Assembly: GCA_027619975.1 (NCBI GenBank) | Contig: JAQCGX010000007.1 | Span: 22,330 to 86,329 of the forward strand | DNA: 64,000 bases | Direction: 5' to 3' | Source of the DNA: Nitrospinota bacterium | GTDB lineage: Bacteria > Nitrospinota > Nitrospinia > Nitrospinales > VA-1 | Shown: in pieces, positions 49,807-59,455 of the stretch | Layout of the letters: each line of letters opens with the position of its first letter | Position numbering within the stretch: the first letter of the stretch is position 1 | The notes under the pieces: generated by a model | The model's database searches: none | What the model was told of the DNA's origin: nothing | What the model saw: only the letters and a program-made list of their open reading frames with translations | Program-made: the position numbers and the translations under genes

Positions 49807-50062
49807 TGGGATAGACAATTTTCTTTGAATGAAATGACCTTTCCCGCTTAGACCTTTTCCAGGCAATTTCCTTAAATTTGCGGAAGTGTAACAGAAATTT
49901 CTCATTAACTTACTTACCTGAAATTTAAGGTATGTTCATCAAACCCTAATGCATTAAAGGATTTTTACCAACTAGCCGATAACTAATTGGTTAACCTTTT
50001 TTTTGGTCCTTATCTGTGTTGCGCAAGACAGAAACTTTATAAATCCAATTGAATGGAACAAA

Positions 50063-52318
50063 ATGTCTGCTGAACGACCCAAACACCTCCTGATCATTGG
50101 CGGGGGATTATTCCAGGTTCCGGCGATCAAAACCGCGAAGTCGATGGGGCTCAAGGTGGCGGTCACGGATTACAACCCTGAGGCCGAGGGCATGCTCATT
50201 GCGGATTACCCTATAGTCGTCAGCACCCGCAATATCAATCTGACGGTCAATACCGCCAAAGAATTTCACCAGACCTGCCCGCTCGATGGGGTGATGACCC
50301 TTGGCACCGACGCCTCGCAGACGGTGGCCGCCGTGGCCGATGCCTTGAACCTTCCCGGCATTCCCTTTGAAGTGGCGGAGCGGGCGACGGACAAAATTAA
50401 AATGCGCCACTGTTTACGCGAGCATGGTGTTCCCGTGCCGGATTTTCGTCCGATCTGGTCTATCGAGGAAGCCCAGCGTGCCGTCCATGAGATGCCACTT
50501 CCTTTAGTCATCAAGCCTTGCGACAATATGGGAGCCCGTGGCGTCAAAAAGATTTTGTGTGCTGATGACTTGATCCCCGCCTTTAAAGAAGCCAAGGAAG
50601 CCTCCATCAGTGGAAAACTGCTGATCGAAGAATTTATGGAAGGGCCGGAACTGAGCCTCGATGCCCTGGTCTTCGACGGTCAGATCGAGATAATGGGCAT
50701 CGCCGATCGTCATATAGAACGTTCACCGTATTTCGTTGAAGTGGGTCATACCTTGCCCTCCAACCTGCCACTGGACCAGCAACAGCAAGTGATGAAGGTT
50801 TTTCGTCAGGCAGTGCGTGCGATTGGCATCAACCTTGGCGCCGCCAAGGGGGACATCAAAATGACTCGAAGCGGCCCAAAAATTGTAGAAATGGCCGCCC
50901 GATTGAGCGGCGGCTGGATGTCTGCACACACTTTTCCGTTATCCTCCGGGGTGAACCTTATTAAAGGAGCGATTCAGATCGCTTTGGGAGAAAGACCCAC
51001 GGATTTGCAACCTAAAACCTCGTTGGTTTCCGCCGAGCGGGCGTTGATTCCGCCACCAGGAAAGATCCTTTCTATTAAGGGAGTTGAGGATGCCAGGAAA
51101 ATCAAAGGCGTGAAGGAAATCATCCTGATGAAGGAAGCCGGGGACCGGGCCGAAGAGATGAAAAGCAACCTCGGCAAGACAGGTTATGTGATCACTGTCG
51201 CTAAAACCCGTGAAGAGGCCATTCGCATCAATGATCTGGCAAGGAAAACGATTCAGATCGAAGTGGGGGAGTCGCACTCCCTGACCTGGGACATCATCCG
51301 CAACAACGCGCGCAAGAAATTTTATATCGCCTGCAAAGCCTGCGTGGTCTGCGATGGGGCCGAGTGTCGAGGCAAGGTTCCGGGCATTGGCGGCATCGGG
51401 ACGGGAGAATCGTTTACGGAAAACCTGCGGGCGCTGGCTCGTTACAAAATCAACCTGCGCACCATCCATCAGGTCAAGTTTCCTGATCTTTCGATAGAGC
51501 TTTTTGGGCAAAAGCTTTCCCTTCCTATTCTGGCGGCGCCGATCACGGGAATGGAGACTAATCTGGCCGGTGGCATGGACGAAAGAGCCTATGCCGATGC
51601 GGTGCTGGAGGGCTGTATTTCCAGTGGCACGCTTGGGATGGTGGGGGACGGCGCCAGTCCGCAAAAATATCTCATCGGTCTGGAAGCCATCAAGAAGCGG
51701 GGAGGGCTGGGCATCCCCATTTTCAAGCCGCGCGAATACAACATGGAAATCATCACCCGCTTCAAGGCGGCAGAGGATGCCGGGGCCATCGCCGTGGGAA
51801 TTGACATCGATGCGGCTTCCTTTAAAACGATGGCGTTAAAGGGGCAGGCAGTGGGTCCCAAATCGATAGAGGAACTACGCGAATTGAAGTCTCATTTATC
51901 CGTTCCCTTCATTTTGAAAGGAATCATGAATGTGGAGTCCGCTTTGGCGGCCATTGAAGCCGGGGCGGACGCCATTGTCGTTTCCAATCATGGCGGCAGA
52001 GTTATGGACACCATGCCGGGAACGGCGGATGTGCTTCCGGAGATTGCTGCCGCTGTTCAAGGCCGCGCTAAGGTGTTGGTGGATGGAGGCATTCGCGAAG
52101 GGGTGGATATCCTGAAGATGCTGGCTCTGGGGGCGGATGCTGTCATGATCGGCAGACCTGTGTGTATCGCGGCGTTCGGGGCGGGGCAGGAGGGGGTGGA
52201 ATTCTACCTCAACCAGAAACGCGACGAATTAAAAAAAGCCATGATTCTCACCGGATGCGCCAGTATCCATGCAATCGACCCATCGGTGATCTTTCGCAAT
52301 GCCAAGGGAGAGCGATGA
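50063..52318 (+). CDS. Fusion of an ATP-grasp ligase and an FMN-dependent alpha-hydroxy-acid dehydrogenase domain
   Basis: N-half has IIGGGLFQ, TDKIKMR, VIKPCDNMGARGV, IEEFMEGPELS, VEMAARLSGG. C-half has CKACVVCDGAEC, APITG, ILKGIM, VSNHGGR, VDGGIREG, IGRP. Confidence 0.85.
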   Translation: MSAERPKHLLIIGGGLFQVPAIKTAKSMGLKVAVTDYNPEAEGMLIADYPIVVSTRNINLTVNTAKEFHQTCPLDGVMTLGTDASQTVAAVADALNLPGIPFEVAERATDKIKMRHCLREHGVPVPDFRPIWSIEEAQRAVHEMPLPLVIKPCDNMGARGVKKILCADDLIPAFKEAKEASISGKLLIEEFMEGPELSLDALVFDGQIEIMGIADRHIERSPYFVEVGHTLPSNLPLDQQQQVMKVFRQAVRAIGINLGAAKGDIKMTRSGPKIVEMAARLSGGWMSAHTFPLSSGVNLIKGAIQIALGERPTDLQPKTSLVSAERALIPPPGKILSIKGVEDARKIKGVKEIILMKEAGDRAEEMKSNLGKTGYVITVAKTREEAIRINDLARKTIQIEVGESHSLTWDIIRNNARKKFYIACKACVVCDGAECRGKVPGIGGIGTGESFTENLRALARYKINLRTIHQVKFPDLSIELFGQKLSLPILAAPITGMETNLAGGMDERAYADAVLEGCISSGTLGMVGDGASPQKYLIGLEAIKKRGGLGIPIFKPREYNMEIITRFKAAEDAGAIAVGIDIDAASFKTMALKGQAVGPKSIEELRELKSHLSVPFILKGIMNVESALAAIEAGADAIVVSNHGGRVMDTMPGTADVLPEIAAAVQGRAKVLVDGGIREGVDILKMLALGADAVMIGRPVCIAAFGAGQEGVEFYLNQKRDELKKAMILTGCASIHAIDPSVIFRNAKGER

Positions 52319-53139
52319 TGAAACATAATAACCCGCCGCAAGTTTTGAAGGTGGTCCCGAAAAACAGGCACAAGGATGGTTTGGAGCTGATTCAATCCAT
52401 GCGCACCTTGAAAAACCAGTATGGCGCCAGTTGTCTGAAACTATCGACCGAAGATGCGGCCATGTCCTTTGACCAGATCGCCTTTTGGACGCAGTTGGCG
52501 GATGGCATTCTTCCGGTCATGGTGAAAATCGGCGGACCCAACGCCCGCAATGATATCAAACAGTTGCTGGCAATGAACATCGACGGTTTGATCGCGCCGA
52601 TGGTGGAATCGGTTTACGGGTTGGAAAATTTTCTGACGGCGGTAAGGGATTTCACCACGCCCATGCAAATGCAACGGCTTGCCAAGCAGATCAATATCGA
52701 GACCGTGACTGCGGTGGAGAAGCTGGACGATATTCTTGCATCCCCGGAAGCCGCCTTTCTGGATGAAATCACCATCGGTTGCAGTGACTTGTCTCAATCT
52801 CTCAAAAAGGACCGCTCGGACCCAGAGGTACAACGCCTGGTTAAACAAACGGTTGTAAAAATTAAAGCCAAAAATATTAATGTTTCCGTAGGCGGCGGCA
52901 TCGCGCCTGATACCATTGACACCATCCTTCAGGATATCCAGCCGCATCATTTCAACACCCGGATGGTGACATTTTCCGTGCATCCGGGGCAAAGCTATCG
53001 GACTGCGGTGACAGAAACGCTTTATTTTGAGTTAAAAATGCTGGAACACGACGTTAGCAAGGGTTTCATTTCCCGAGACGAAGAAAAATTTCGCGCCCGT
53101 CAATTAAAAACCCGGCTGGCCGATATTCCTGTAGATTGA
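52315..53139 (+). CDS. HpcH/HpaI aldolase / citrate lyase family protein
   Basis: VKIGGPNARND, LIAPMVES, INIETVTAV, ITIGCSDL, VGGGI. ATGA overlap with the fusion gene. Confidence 0.78.
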   Translation: MMKHNNPPQVLKVVPKNRHKDGLELIQSMRTLKNQYGASCLKLSTEDAAMSFDQIAFWTQLADGILPVMVKIGGPNARNDIKQLLAMNIDGLIAPMVESVYGLENFLTAVRDFTTPMQMQRLAKQINIETVTAVEKLDDILASPEAAFLDEITIGCSDLSQSLKKDRSDPEVQRLVKQTVVKIKAKNINVSVGGGIAPDTIDTILQDIQPHHFNTRMVTFSVHPGQSYRTAVTETLYFELKMLEHDVSKGFISRDEEKFRARQLKTRLADIPVD

Positions 53140-53210
53140 TCCTTCCTGTTCATTAATAATTCCCATCGCAGCAAGTTCTAAATTTTCAAACTAAAATCGT
53201 GAGGAAAATA

Positions 53211-53238
53211 TTGACAAAATTTGCATTTTCCATAAAAT
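53211..53238 (+). promoter_or_regulatory. sigma70-like promoter of aclBA
   Basis: TTGACA-16 bp-TAAAAT, about 160 bp upstream of aclB. Confidence 0.55.
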
Positions 53239-53394
53239 ACCTTGCCGCGGACCTTAAACAAAAAAATTAAAATTGAGGGCGACTCTAAACGGGTCTCTTC
53301 ATAGTAATTAGGACTGGAAAAATCTATTCCGAAAACGGTATCTACCGATTGTGTAGAGTCTTGATTAATTTTTTATGCTAAGCAGGAGAATAAA

Positions 53395-54666
53395 ATGCAG
53401 TTAACCGGCATGCTCTGGGGCAGAAAGTTGTTGGACCTTGTTGAATATCCTCACTCCGAGGTCCGGGGGCCGGAACTCAGCGTCGATGAAATCAAGGAAA
53501 TGATCAGCAGGCATGGTGAAGTTTTCATCAAGCCTGTGTTTAAAGGAGGGGTTGGGAAAAAAGGCAAGTCGGGTTTGATTGGACGCGCTAAAAATATCAC
53601 CGAGGCCCTTAAAGAAAAGGAACGTCTTTATTTCGCCGAACACAAAGACGGCCTGGCCGTTACCAAATCGGATGGCGTGACTTACGAGGGCGCGGTGCCG
53701 GCAAAATATGAAGTGTATTTTTCCATCAGTGAAAGCACCGAGTACCGGGCGCCGATGATGACCATCACCCATCACGGTGGAGTGGACATCGAGGAATTGG
53801 ATGCGGATAAAATCGCCAATGTTCCTTTCGATCCGCTGACGGGCCTCAAAGCCTTCCACGTATCCAACGCGTTGGCCAGCCTGGGTGCGCCCCAGGAGAT
53901 CATCAGCCCGCTGGTGCAGAACCTGCCGAAATTATGGGATTTGTATAATAACTATGGAATGATCCTTCTCGAAATCAATCCGATCCGCATGATGCCCGAT
54001 GACAGGGGCCGCCTCACCCCGGTGGCTTGCGATTTGAAGGCCGCTTTCGATCAGGATGACCCGGCTTGGAAACGATTGGGACTGCCCGGTCATCTTTTTG
54101 TGTCCGACTATTCCGAGTTTGAGCAGGAAATCAATCAGCTTCGCACCTATCAGGGACAAAGTGACGTTTTCGTTATGAACGATGAAGGCTCCATCACTGC
54201 GCCGACCTTCGGCGGCGGGGCGAACGCTATGGTGACTGAGTTACTCGGTGAAGACGCGACGATTTCATCCGACTTTGGCGGCAATCCCCCTTATGTGAAG
54301 ATGAATGATATTGCCAAAATCACATTCAAATACTGGCTTCCCCAGTCCAATATATTGTTCATTATCGGCGGTAAGGCCAACAACACGGATATCTATGAAA
54401 CGTTTCGGGCGATGGGCGATGGACTCCGCTGGTTTTTTCAAACGCATGGTCCCATTCCATTGTTTGTCGTCGTTGGCCGGGGCGGACCTAATTTGATTCG
54501 GGGAATGTCTTACTTTAAAGACATTTTGGATTCTTTGGGAGTTCCTTATCGCTTCTTTGGTCACGACAGCGCCATGTCGGAAGTCATCAATTATTCTCTC
54601 AAAGTTAATGAGTGGATGAAAAATGGCGGCCGAGAACAGATCAAAGCCCAAATGAACATTAAATAA
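53395..54666 (+). CDS. aclB: ATP citrate lyase beta subunit
   Basis: IKPVFKGGVGKKGKSG, GGVDIEE, LEINP, GGGANA, DFGGNP, GRGGPN. Confidence 0.92.
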   Translation: MQLTGMLWGRKLLDLVEYPHSEVRGPELSVDEIKEMISRHGEVFIKPVFKGGVGKKGKSGLIGRAKNITEALKEKERLYFAEHKDGLAVTKSDGVTYEGAVPAKYEVYFSISESTEYRAPMMTITHHGGVDIEELDADKIANVPFDPLTGLKAFHVSNALASLGAPQEIISPLVQNLPKLWDLYNNYGMILLEINPIRMMPDDRGRLTPVACDLKAAFDQDDPAWKRLGLPGHLFVSDYSEFEQEINQLRTYQGQSDVFVMNDEGSITAPTFGGGANAMVTELLGEDATISSDFGGNPPYVKMNDIAKITFKYWLPQSNILFIIGGKANNTDIYETFRAMGDGLRWFFQTHGPIPLFVVVGRGGPNLIRGMSYFKDILDSLGVPYRFFGHDSAMSEVINYSLKVNEWMKNGGREQIKAQMNIK

Positions 54667-54709
54667 ATTTTTAATTTTTCAAGCCCCATTCAAAAGAGAG
54701 GTTTTTGGT

Positions 54710-57421
54710 ATGCATAAGCAAGGTGTTGGAGAGTTTCCTTACTATGTCGGGATCAATAATTTGAGCGAGCTTGCGACTGCGGATGACCGCGTCGTTGTTT
54801 TGAATATTCTGGGAAATGAGAGTTCAACCGTCACGCCGATCAGCCACGAATATTCCGGCGGCAACATCGTTTTTGGAACCGGACCGGGCAAATCGGGTAA
54901 ATTTCTGCCAACAAAAATCGGGAAAATTCCGGTTTATAATTCCATCAAGGAAGGCATGGCGGCAGGTCACAAATTCAATACAGTCGTGATCTATCTTCCC
55001 CCATCCGGGGTGAAGGACGGGGTGGCGGAAGCGGTTCGCGCCAATCCCGATCTGAAAAAAGCCATCATTCTCACGGAAAAAGTTTCCGTTAAAGATGCCC
55101 GCATCATGCGTGCTATTTGTCAGACCAACGGAGTCGATCTTTTTGGCGGCAATTGCTTAGGCCTGGCCGATGCCTGGAACCACGTTCGGGTGGGCGGCGC
55201 ATTGGGCGGAAGTCATCCGGAAGAATCCTTGATCAAAGGATCGGTCGCTCTGTTTTCAAACTCCGGAAATTTCACCACCACCATTGCGGTTTACCTTTCT
55301 ACGGGCGGGTGGGGAACGACGACTTCGGTTTCCAGCGGCAAGGACGTTTACATCCAGTACGGTCCCAAGGAATTTTTATACGCATTGGAAAATGACGATC
55401 GTTCCAAAGCGGCGGTTATGTATTCAGAGCCGGGCGGGTATTACGAGCGTGATCTCAAATCCAGCAAGCCAATCGTCGCCTGTGTGGTTGGCCGTTGGAA
55501 AGCGAAACTGACCAAAGCCTGCGGTCATGCGGGCTCCTTGGCGGGATCGGGTGATGACGCATTCGCAAAAGAAAAATGGTTCATGGAAATGTTTGGCGTT
55601 GACGGCATTTACACTCCTGACAAACCTATATTTTCCAAAAAAGGTGCGCTGGTCACCAACATCGCCCATATTCCTGAAGCTTTGACTGCAGTGATGGCGG
55701 CCAATGGCACCAAACCCGACTTCGACTCCAAGGGCAATCTGGCGCTGAAGTGCTGGATGGGAAACAATCAGGGATTGAGTCTGCCCAAGGAATTGGATGT
55801 TCCGACTGTCGAGGCGCTCAGCCCTTACAACGATCAGATCGAAGCGCTGGACAAGCAGGTGGGGGCCCAGTTTCGCAGGGAAACCCTGAAAGACGCCAGT
55901 GGCGCGTCCATGATGGACCCGAAAACCCAGGTTTCCAAAATCCACAACACCTCTATTCTGGATGCTTCGACGAAAACTTTCGAAGCCAATCTGGCATTTG
56001 CTCTGGTCAAGCAATACCCCGACGCCTATGGAGAAAAAATCGCTAATATCGCGCTCAATGCCTGGGTCAATCAGTTCAGATTGCCGACATTGGTGGCGGC
56101 GGCGGCATCCCGAGAAAACGGCAACTCTCCCAACACGGTTGCGGCATCGGCAATCGGCATCGTTGGTAAAAAGGTAGCCCAGAAAGCCATGGATGCGGCG
56201 CAGGTTCTGGTGGATTTATTCAAGTTTGCCAAGATGACGGACCCTACAGAAGACTTCGACGCTTCCGCTCAGTTGAAAGAAGCAGAGAAATACAAAGATG
56301 TTCTTGTATGCAAGGAAGCGGATGAATGTGCCGGAAAGATGGCGGATGCTTTAAATAAAGCCGGGAAATCCGTGTTCATCAGTTTTGTTCAGGATTTTGC
56401 CAAAAAGCAGAAAGGCCATGTGTCTGCGGATACCCTGCTGGCCGCTATCTGGCTGACTTTGGGATGGAACAGCATGAAGGGCAAAAAAATCCCCAAGGAG
56501 TCATTGGTGCGTTTGCCCTGGCATTCGATAATTTACAGCACCATGGTCGGGATCACGGCGACCCACGACAGGCAGTTGAAAGACAGCTTCTGCGGCGTTA
56601 AAACCGAGGACCTGTTGACTAACAGTTTCACCAAAACCGCGTTCCTCGCACTCATGGGTAAAGAGCCTGGGGAGACGGAGCTGTTTGAGTTTCAGGTTCT
56701 GTTAGGACTCATCATTACCAACGGTCCAGGAACGATTTCCGCTCAGGGAGCCAAGGGGGCAGTCAGCGCCGATGGGCCTGAGCAGCCGGACCGTGTTCAG
56801 GTCAACAAGGCGTATATCGGCTTCCTGACGCATACCGGCTTTGCCCACGGCGGCAACGGCTACGAAGCGGCGGCGTTTCTGATCGAGAACTTCAAGGATA
56901 CAAACTTAAAAAGCGCTTCCGATAAGAAACACGGCATTGATCTGGATGCGATCGCGATGAAGGTTGCCAAAGAGTATGCAGGCTATAAAGACAAACAAAA
57001 AGCCATCGGCAATCTCGACTACGCCAAAATCCCGTGCGTCAACCATCCCATTTTCAAGGGCAAAGACGTCAACGTGGACCCGCGTGAAGTATTCGTCAGC
57101 GGCCTGTTCAAGGAAAAGGGGCTGGATAACGTGTTCCTGGATTTTTACCACAGCCTGGTCAACGCGCTGTTCAAGGCCAAGGTCAGCAGTAACGTGTATT
57201 GCGTCAACATCGATGCGGTGATTGCGGTCATCCTGCTGAAAATGGTGTGGCCGGAATACAAAGCCGGGAAGTTGAAGGAAGAGGATATCGAAACCGCGAG
57301 TTTCGCCACCTTCCTGTTTGGCCGGATGATCGGCTGCGCGGCGGAGATCGACGATCACACCAACCGCGGCAAAAACATGGACACGCGAACCCCTGCGAGC
57401 CAGGTTGTTTATGTAGGCTGA
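54710..57421 (+). CDS. aclA: ATP citrate lyase alpha subunit (long form)
   Basis: CoA-binding N-terminus, GGNCLG, SNSGNFTT, CGHAGS phospho-His, citrate-synthase-like NGPG, HGGNG, NHP, NIDAVI. Confidence 0.92.
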   Translation: MHKQGVGEFPYYVGINNLSELATADDRVVVLNILGNESSTVTPISHEYSGGNIVFGTGPGKSGKFLPTKIGKIPVYNSIKEGMAAGHKFNTVVIYLPPSGVKDGVAEAVRANPDLKKAIILTEKVSVKDARIMRAICQTNGVDLFGGNCLGLADAWNHVRVGGALGGSHPEESLIKGSVALFSNSGNFTTTIAVYLSTGGWGTTTSVSSGKDVYIQYGPKEFLYALENDDRSKAAVMYSEPGGYYERDLKSSKPIVACVVGRWKAKLTKACGHAGSLAGSGDDAFAKEKWFMEMFGVDGIYTPDKPIFSKKGALVTNIAHIPEALTAVMAANGTKPDFDSKGNLALKCWMGNNQGLSLPKELDVPTVEALSPYNDQIEALDKQVGAQFRRETLKDASGASMMDPKTQVSKIHNTSILDASTKTFEANLAFALVKQYPDAYGEKIANIALNAWVNQFRLPTLVAAAASRENGNSPNTVAASAIGIVGKKVAQKAMDAAQVLVDLFKFAKMTDPTEDFDASAQLKEAEKYKDVLVCKEADECAGKMADALNKAGKSVFISFVQDFAKKQKGHVSADTLLAAIWLTLGWNSMKGKKIPKESLVRLPWHSIIYSTMVGITATHDRQLKDSFCGVKTEDLLTNSFTKTAFLALMGKEPGETELFEFQVLLGLIITNGPGTISAQGAKGAVSADGPEQPDRVQVNKAYIGFLTHTGFAHGGNGYEAAAFLIENFKDTNLKSASDKKHGIDLDAIAMKVAKEYAGYKDKQKAIGNLDYAKIPCVNHPIFKGKDVNVDPREVFVSGLFKEKGLDNVFLDFYHSLVNALFKAKVSSNVYCVNIDAVIAVILLKMVWPEYKAGKLKEEDIETASFATFLFGRMIGCAAEIDDHTNRGKNMDTRTPASQVVYVG

Positions 57422-57435
57422 TTGATTTCCCTGAT

Positions 57436-57496
57436 TCCCCCTCCTTACCAAGATTGTCATCCTGAGCCTGTCGAAGGAGAGGGGTTAGGGGAGGTT
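57436..57496. repeat. Chimeric repeat: a TGTCATCCTGAGCCTGTCGAAGG unit inserted in a CCCCTCCTT..AAGGAGGGGTTAGGGGAGG unit
   Basis: Removing 57453-57478 restores a unit nearly identical to 12162-12195. Confidence 0.7.
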
Positions 57497-57527
57497 GAAA
57501 AACTAAAATATATTGAAGTATTAATTC

Positions 57528-57577
57528 AAAAATCCCCTGTCACCCTGAGCAAGTCTAAGGGCGGCAGGGGATTTTTT
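57528..57577 (+). terminator. Likely bidirectional intrinsic terminator between aclA and cbiZ
   Basis: AAAAATCCCCTGTCACCCT...AGGGCGGCAGGGGATTTTTT hairpin with A and T tracts on both sides. Confidence 0.7.
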
Positions 57578-57630
57578 ATGACGAAAAAAACAGTCCTTTA
57601 TTTGATGACATTATACCCCTAACCACTCCC

Positions 57631-58296
57631 CTAAATAGCCCCGGTAATAACCCGATAAACCACTTTGCCGATCAACTCGCCCAACACCGTGTGCATGCCG
57701 CAATAATTTTCTTGGATCTCTCCCGTGCCGGCCACCACGATGCAATCGGTTCCGGTTCCTGTGGCGGGCAGTCCCGATTTTTCGCTCATAACGTCCATGT
57801 CCCGTAAAGCCCTGGCCTTGGCCATGGTTGCCACATGCACGGCCTCAATTTTTCCTGAAATGTCCGGTAGGGCGTTGCAGGCCAGTACCAGGTTGATGGT
57901 TCCCACCGGGTTTGGAGGGGTTTGAAACGGCACGTCCGCCTCATCTCCTGCGGTTCGCGCATTGGCTAGACCCACGGTCACGATGCCATGCACCCACAAC
58001 GAATTATGGGTTAAAACGCATTCCCGATAGTTTTGGATCTCGGCTCCGGTGATGAGGCCGATGGCATCCTTCGGCAAGTTTAAAGAATTGGTGACGTTGT
58101 TAAATATGGAGTCCAGATCTTTTTCATCGAACTTCCCCAATTGATGGTTGAACACGCAGGAAGAAGTTATGTTGCCTCCATTGTGGGGAGCCCAGCTCAG
58201 GACGGGCCAGGGTTCGGGAAATTTTATGATCAGGGTATTTTTTGCTAGGGTGGTGCTGATTTTGGAACAAGCGGTTTCAGGATTATGGATTTCCAC
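57631..58296 (-). CDS. cbiZ: Adenosylcobinamide amidohydrolase
   Basis: LSWAPHNGG, GLITGA, TVGLANA, GTIN, ATGTGTDCIVVA. Confidence 0.85.
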   Translation of the reverse strand: MEIHNPETACSKISTTLAKNTLIIKFPEPWPVLSWAPHNGGNITSSCVFNHQLGKFDEKDLDSIFNNVTNSLNLPKDAIGLITGAEIQNYRECVLTHNSLWVHGIVTVGLANARTAGDEADVPFQTPPNPVGTINLVLACNALPDISGKIEAVHVATMAKARALRDMDVMSEKSGLPATGTGTDCIVVAGTGEIQENYCGMHTVLGELIGKVVYRVITGAI

Positions 58297-58327
58297 GGCC
58301 TTTTTCTCTCTTATTCACAGCGGTAAT

Positions 58328-58825
58328 TTATATCGAAAAATACCACATCCATTGGGATTGTTCGGCGACCCAGAAGAAATCAAACAAATTATTGCGAGCG
58401 CTCATGGAAAAATAGAGGGTTTCCTCTTTTTTATTTTCCGGGCGCAAGACGGTTTTTACCACAAACATTCTCGATGAGGTGATTAGCGTCGGCACAAAGA
58501 GAAAGTGTTTCACTTCCACGGAAATGAACTGCGTCCGTTCGAATTGTTCCAGCTCGGCGTTCAGCCGTTCGGCCATGTTTTTATCTGGAGACTTCAGACC
58601 CGCCGCTTTCATTTCCTGCATGTGCCGCAGAGCAATGTTAGTTTTCAGGTGACGGCGTATCCAATCCTTCGCCCGCTCTGAATCCAGAGAGTCCGCGAAA
58701 ATTTGCGGAATCGAAAAAAAAGCGACCATCAGGATCAAGCCCAGGAGTCCGCTGAAAAGTATCGTACTTCGGTTAAAATTGAGAGAAAAGGTGAATTGCA
58801 TGAAAAAGGATAATGAGTGGGTCAA
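58328..58825 (-). CDS. Hypothetical membrane-anchored protein
   Basis: N-terminal TM. Lies in frame-independent operon order between the AMMECR1 gene and cbiZ. The start may be 58801. Confidence 0.65.
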   Translation of the reverse strand: MTHSLSFFMQFTFSLNFNRSTILFSGLLGLILMVAFFSIPQIFADSLDSERAKDWIRRHLKTNIALRHMQEMKAAGLKSPDKNMAERLNAELEQFERTQFISVEVKHFLFVPTLITSSRMFVVKTVLRPENKKEETLYFSMSARNNLFDFFWVAEQSQWMWYFSI

Positions 58826-59340
58826 TGATACCGCACGACTTCAAAGCGGTACATATCAAAGGGTTCATCTTTATCGATCCTGCCTTTTTTGAGGCAGATC
58901 CGCAGTTGGTCTTGGACGGTGTCCACGCCTTCCAGATCGGGTAGCAGGACACCCAGTTTTTCCTCAGATTTTACCGCCAAGCCGAATTGCCTGCAGTCCA
59001 GTTGCGAAATATCCTCGACTTTTTCCAGGGGAGTGAGCACGTCCACGGAAAATTTCAGGTCGGGTAATTCCTCCAGGGATACGGGAGGAAAACGCGGGTC
59101 GCGGCTGGCGGCGCTGGTGGCGTTGTGGATGATTTCCTTTGCCAGGGTGTCGTGGAACGGGGTCAGGTCGCCAATACATCCCCTTAAATTGGGGCCGTTT
59201 TTGATGGTCACAAACACGCTTTTAGGGTCTTGAAAGTCCTCTGTGAGGTTTTTGGGGCAGGGCAGGGGAACGCCGTGCTCCAGATAATGCCGAACGGACT
59301 GGATCGCAAGGGTTACATAAGGATGTGGGTTGGTCTCCAT
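58822..59340 (-). CDS. AMMECR1-domain (AmmeMemoRadiSam A-like) protein
   Basis: VFVTI...LRGCIG, DPRFPPV, SVDVLT, GVLLPDLEGVDT. Confidence 0.9.
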   Translation of the reverse strand: METNPHPYVTLAIQSVRHYLEHGVPLPCPKNLTEDFQDPKSVFVTIKNGPNLRGCIGDLTPFHDTLAKEIIHNATSAASRDPRFPPVSLEELPDLKFSVDVLTPLEKVEDISQLDCRQFGLAVKSEEKLGVLLPDLEGVDTVQDQLRICLKKGRIDKDEPFDMYRFEVVRYH

Positions 59341-59455
59341 ACGCCCAATTTGGTTAAATTACTTTCCAATGGCCATGATACGCTGTGTTTGGAGTGGCGC
59401 AACTAATTATTCTGTGTTCAGCCTGAATCGGGGTTTTGGAGTATAACTGGTTTTG

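Noticed and set aside
53240-53394. Riboswitch in the aclB leader (or a cobalamin riboswitch near cbiZ)
   Set aside because: Only short hairpins are visible, with no conserved aptamer motifs I can recognise. An Rfam scan would settle it.
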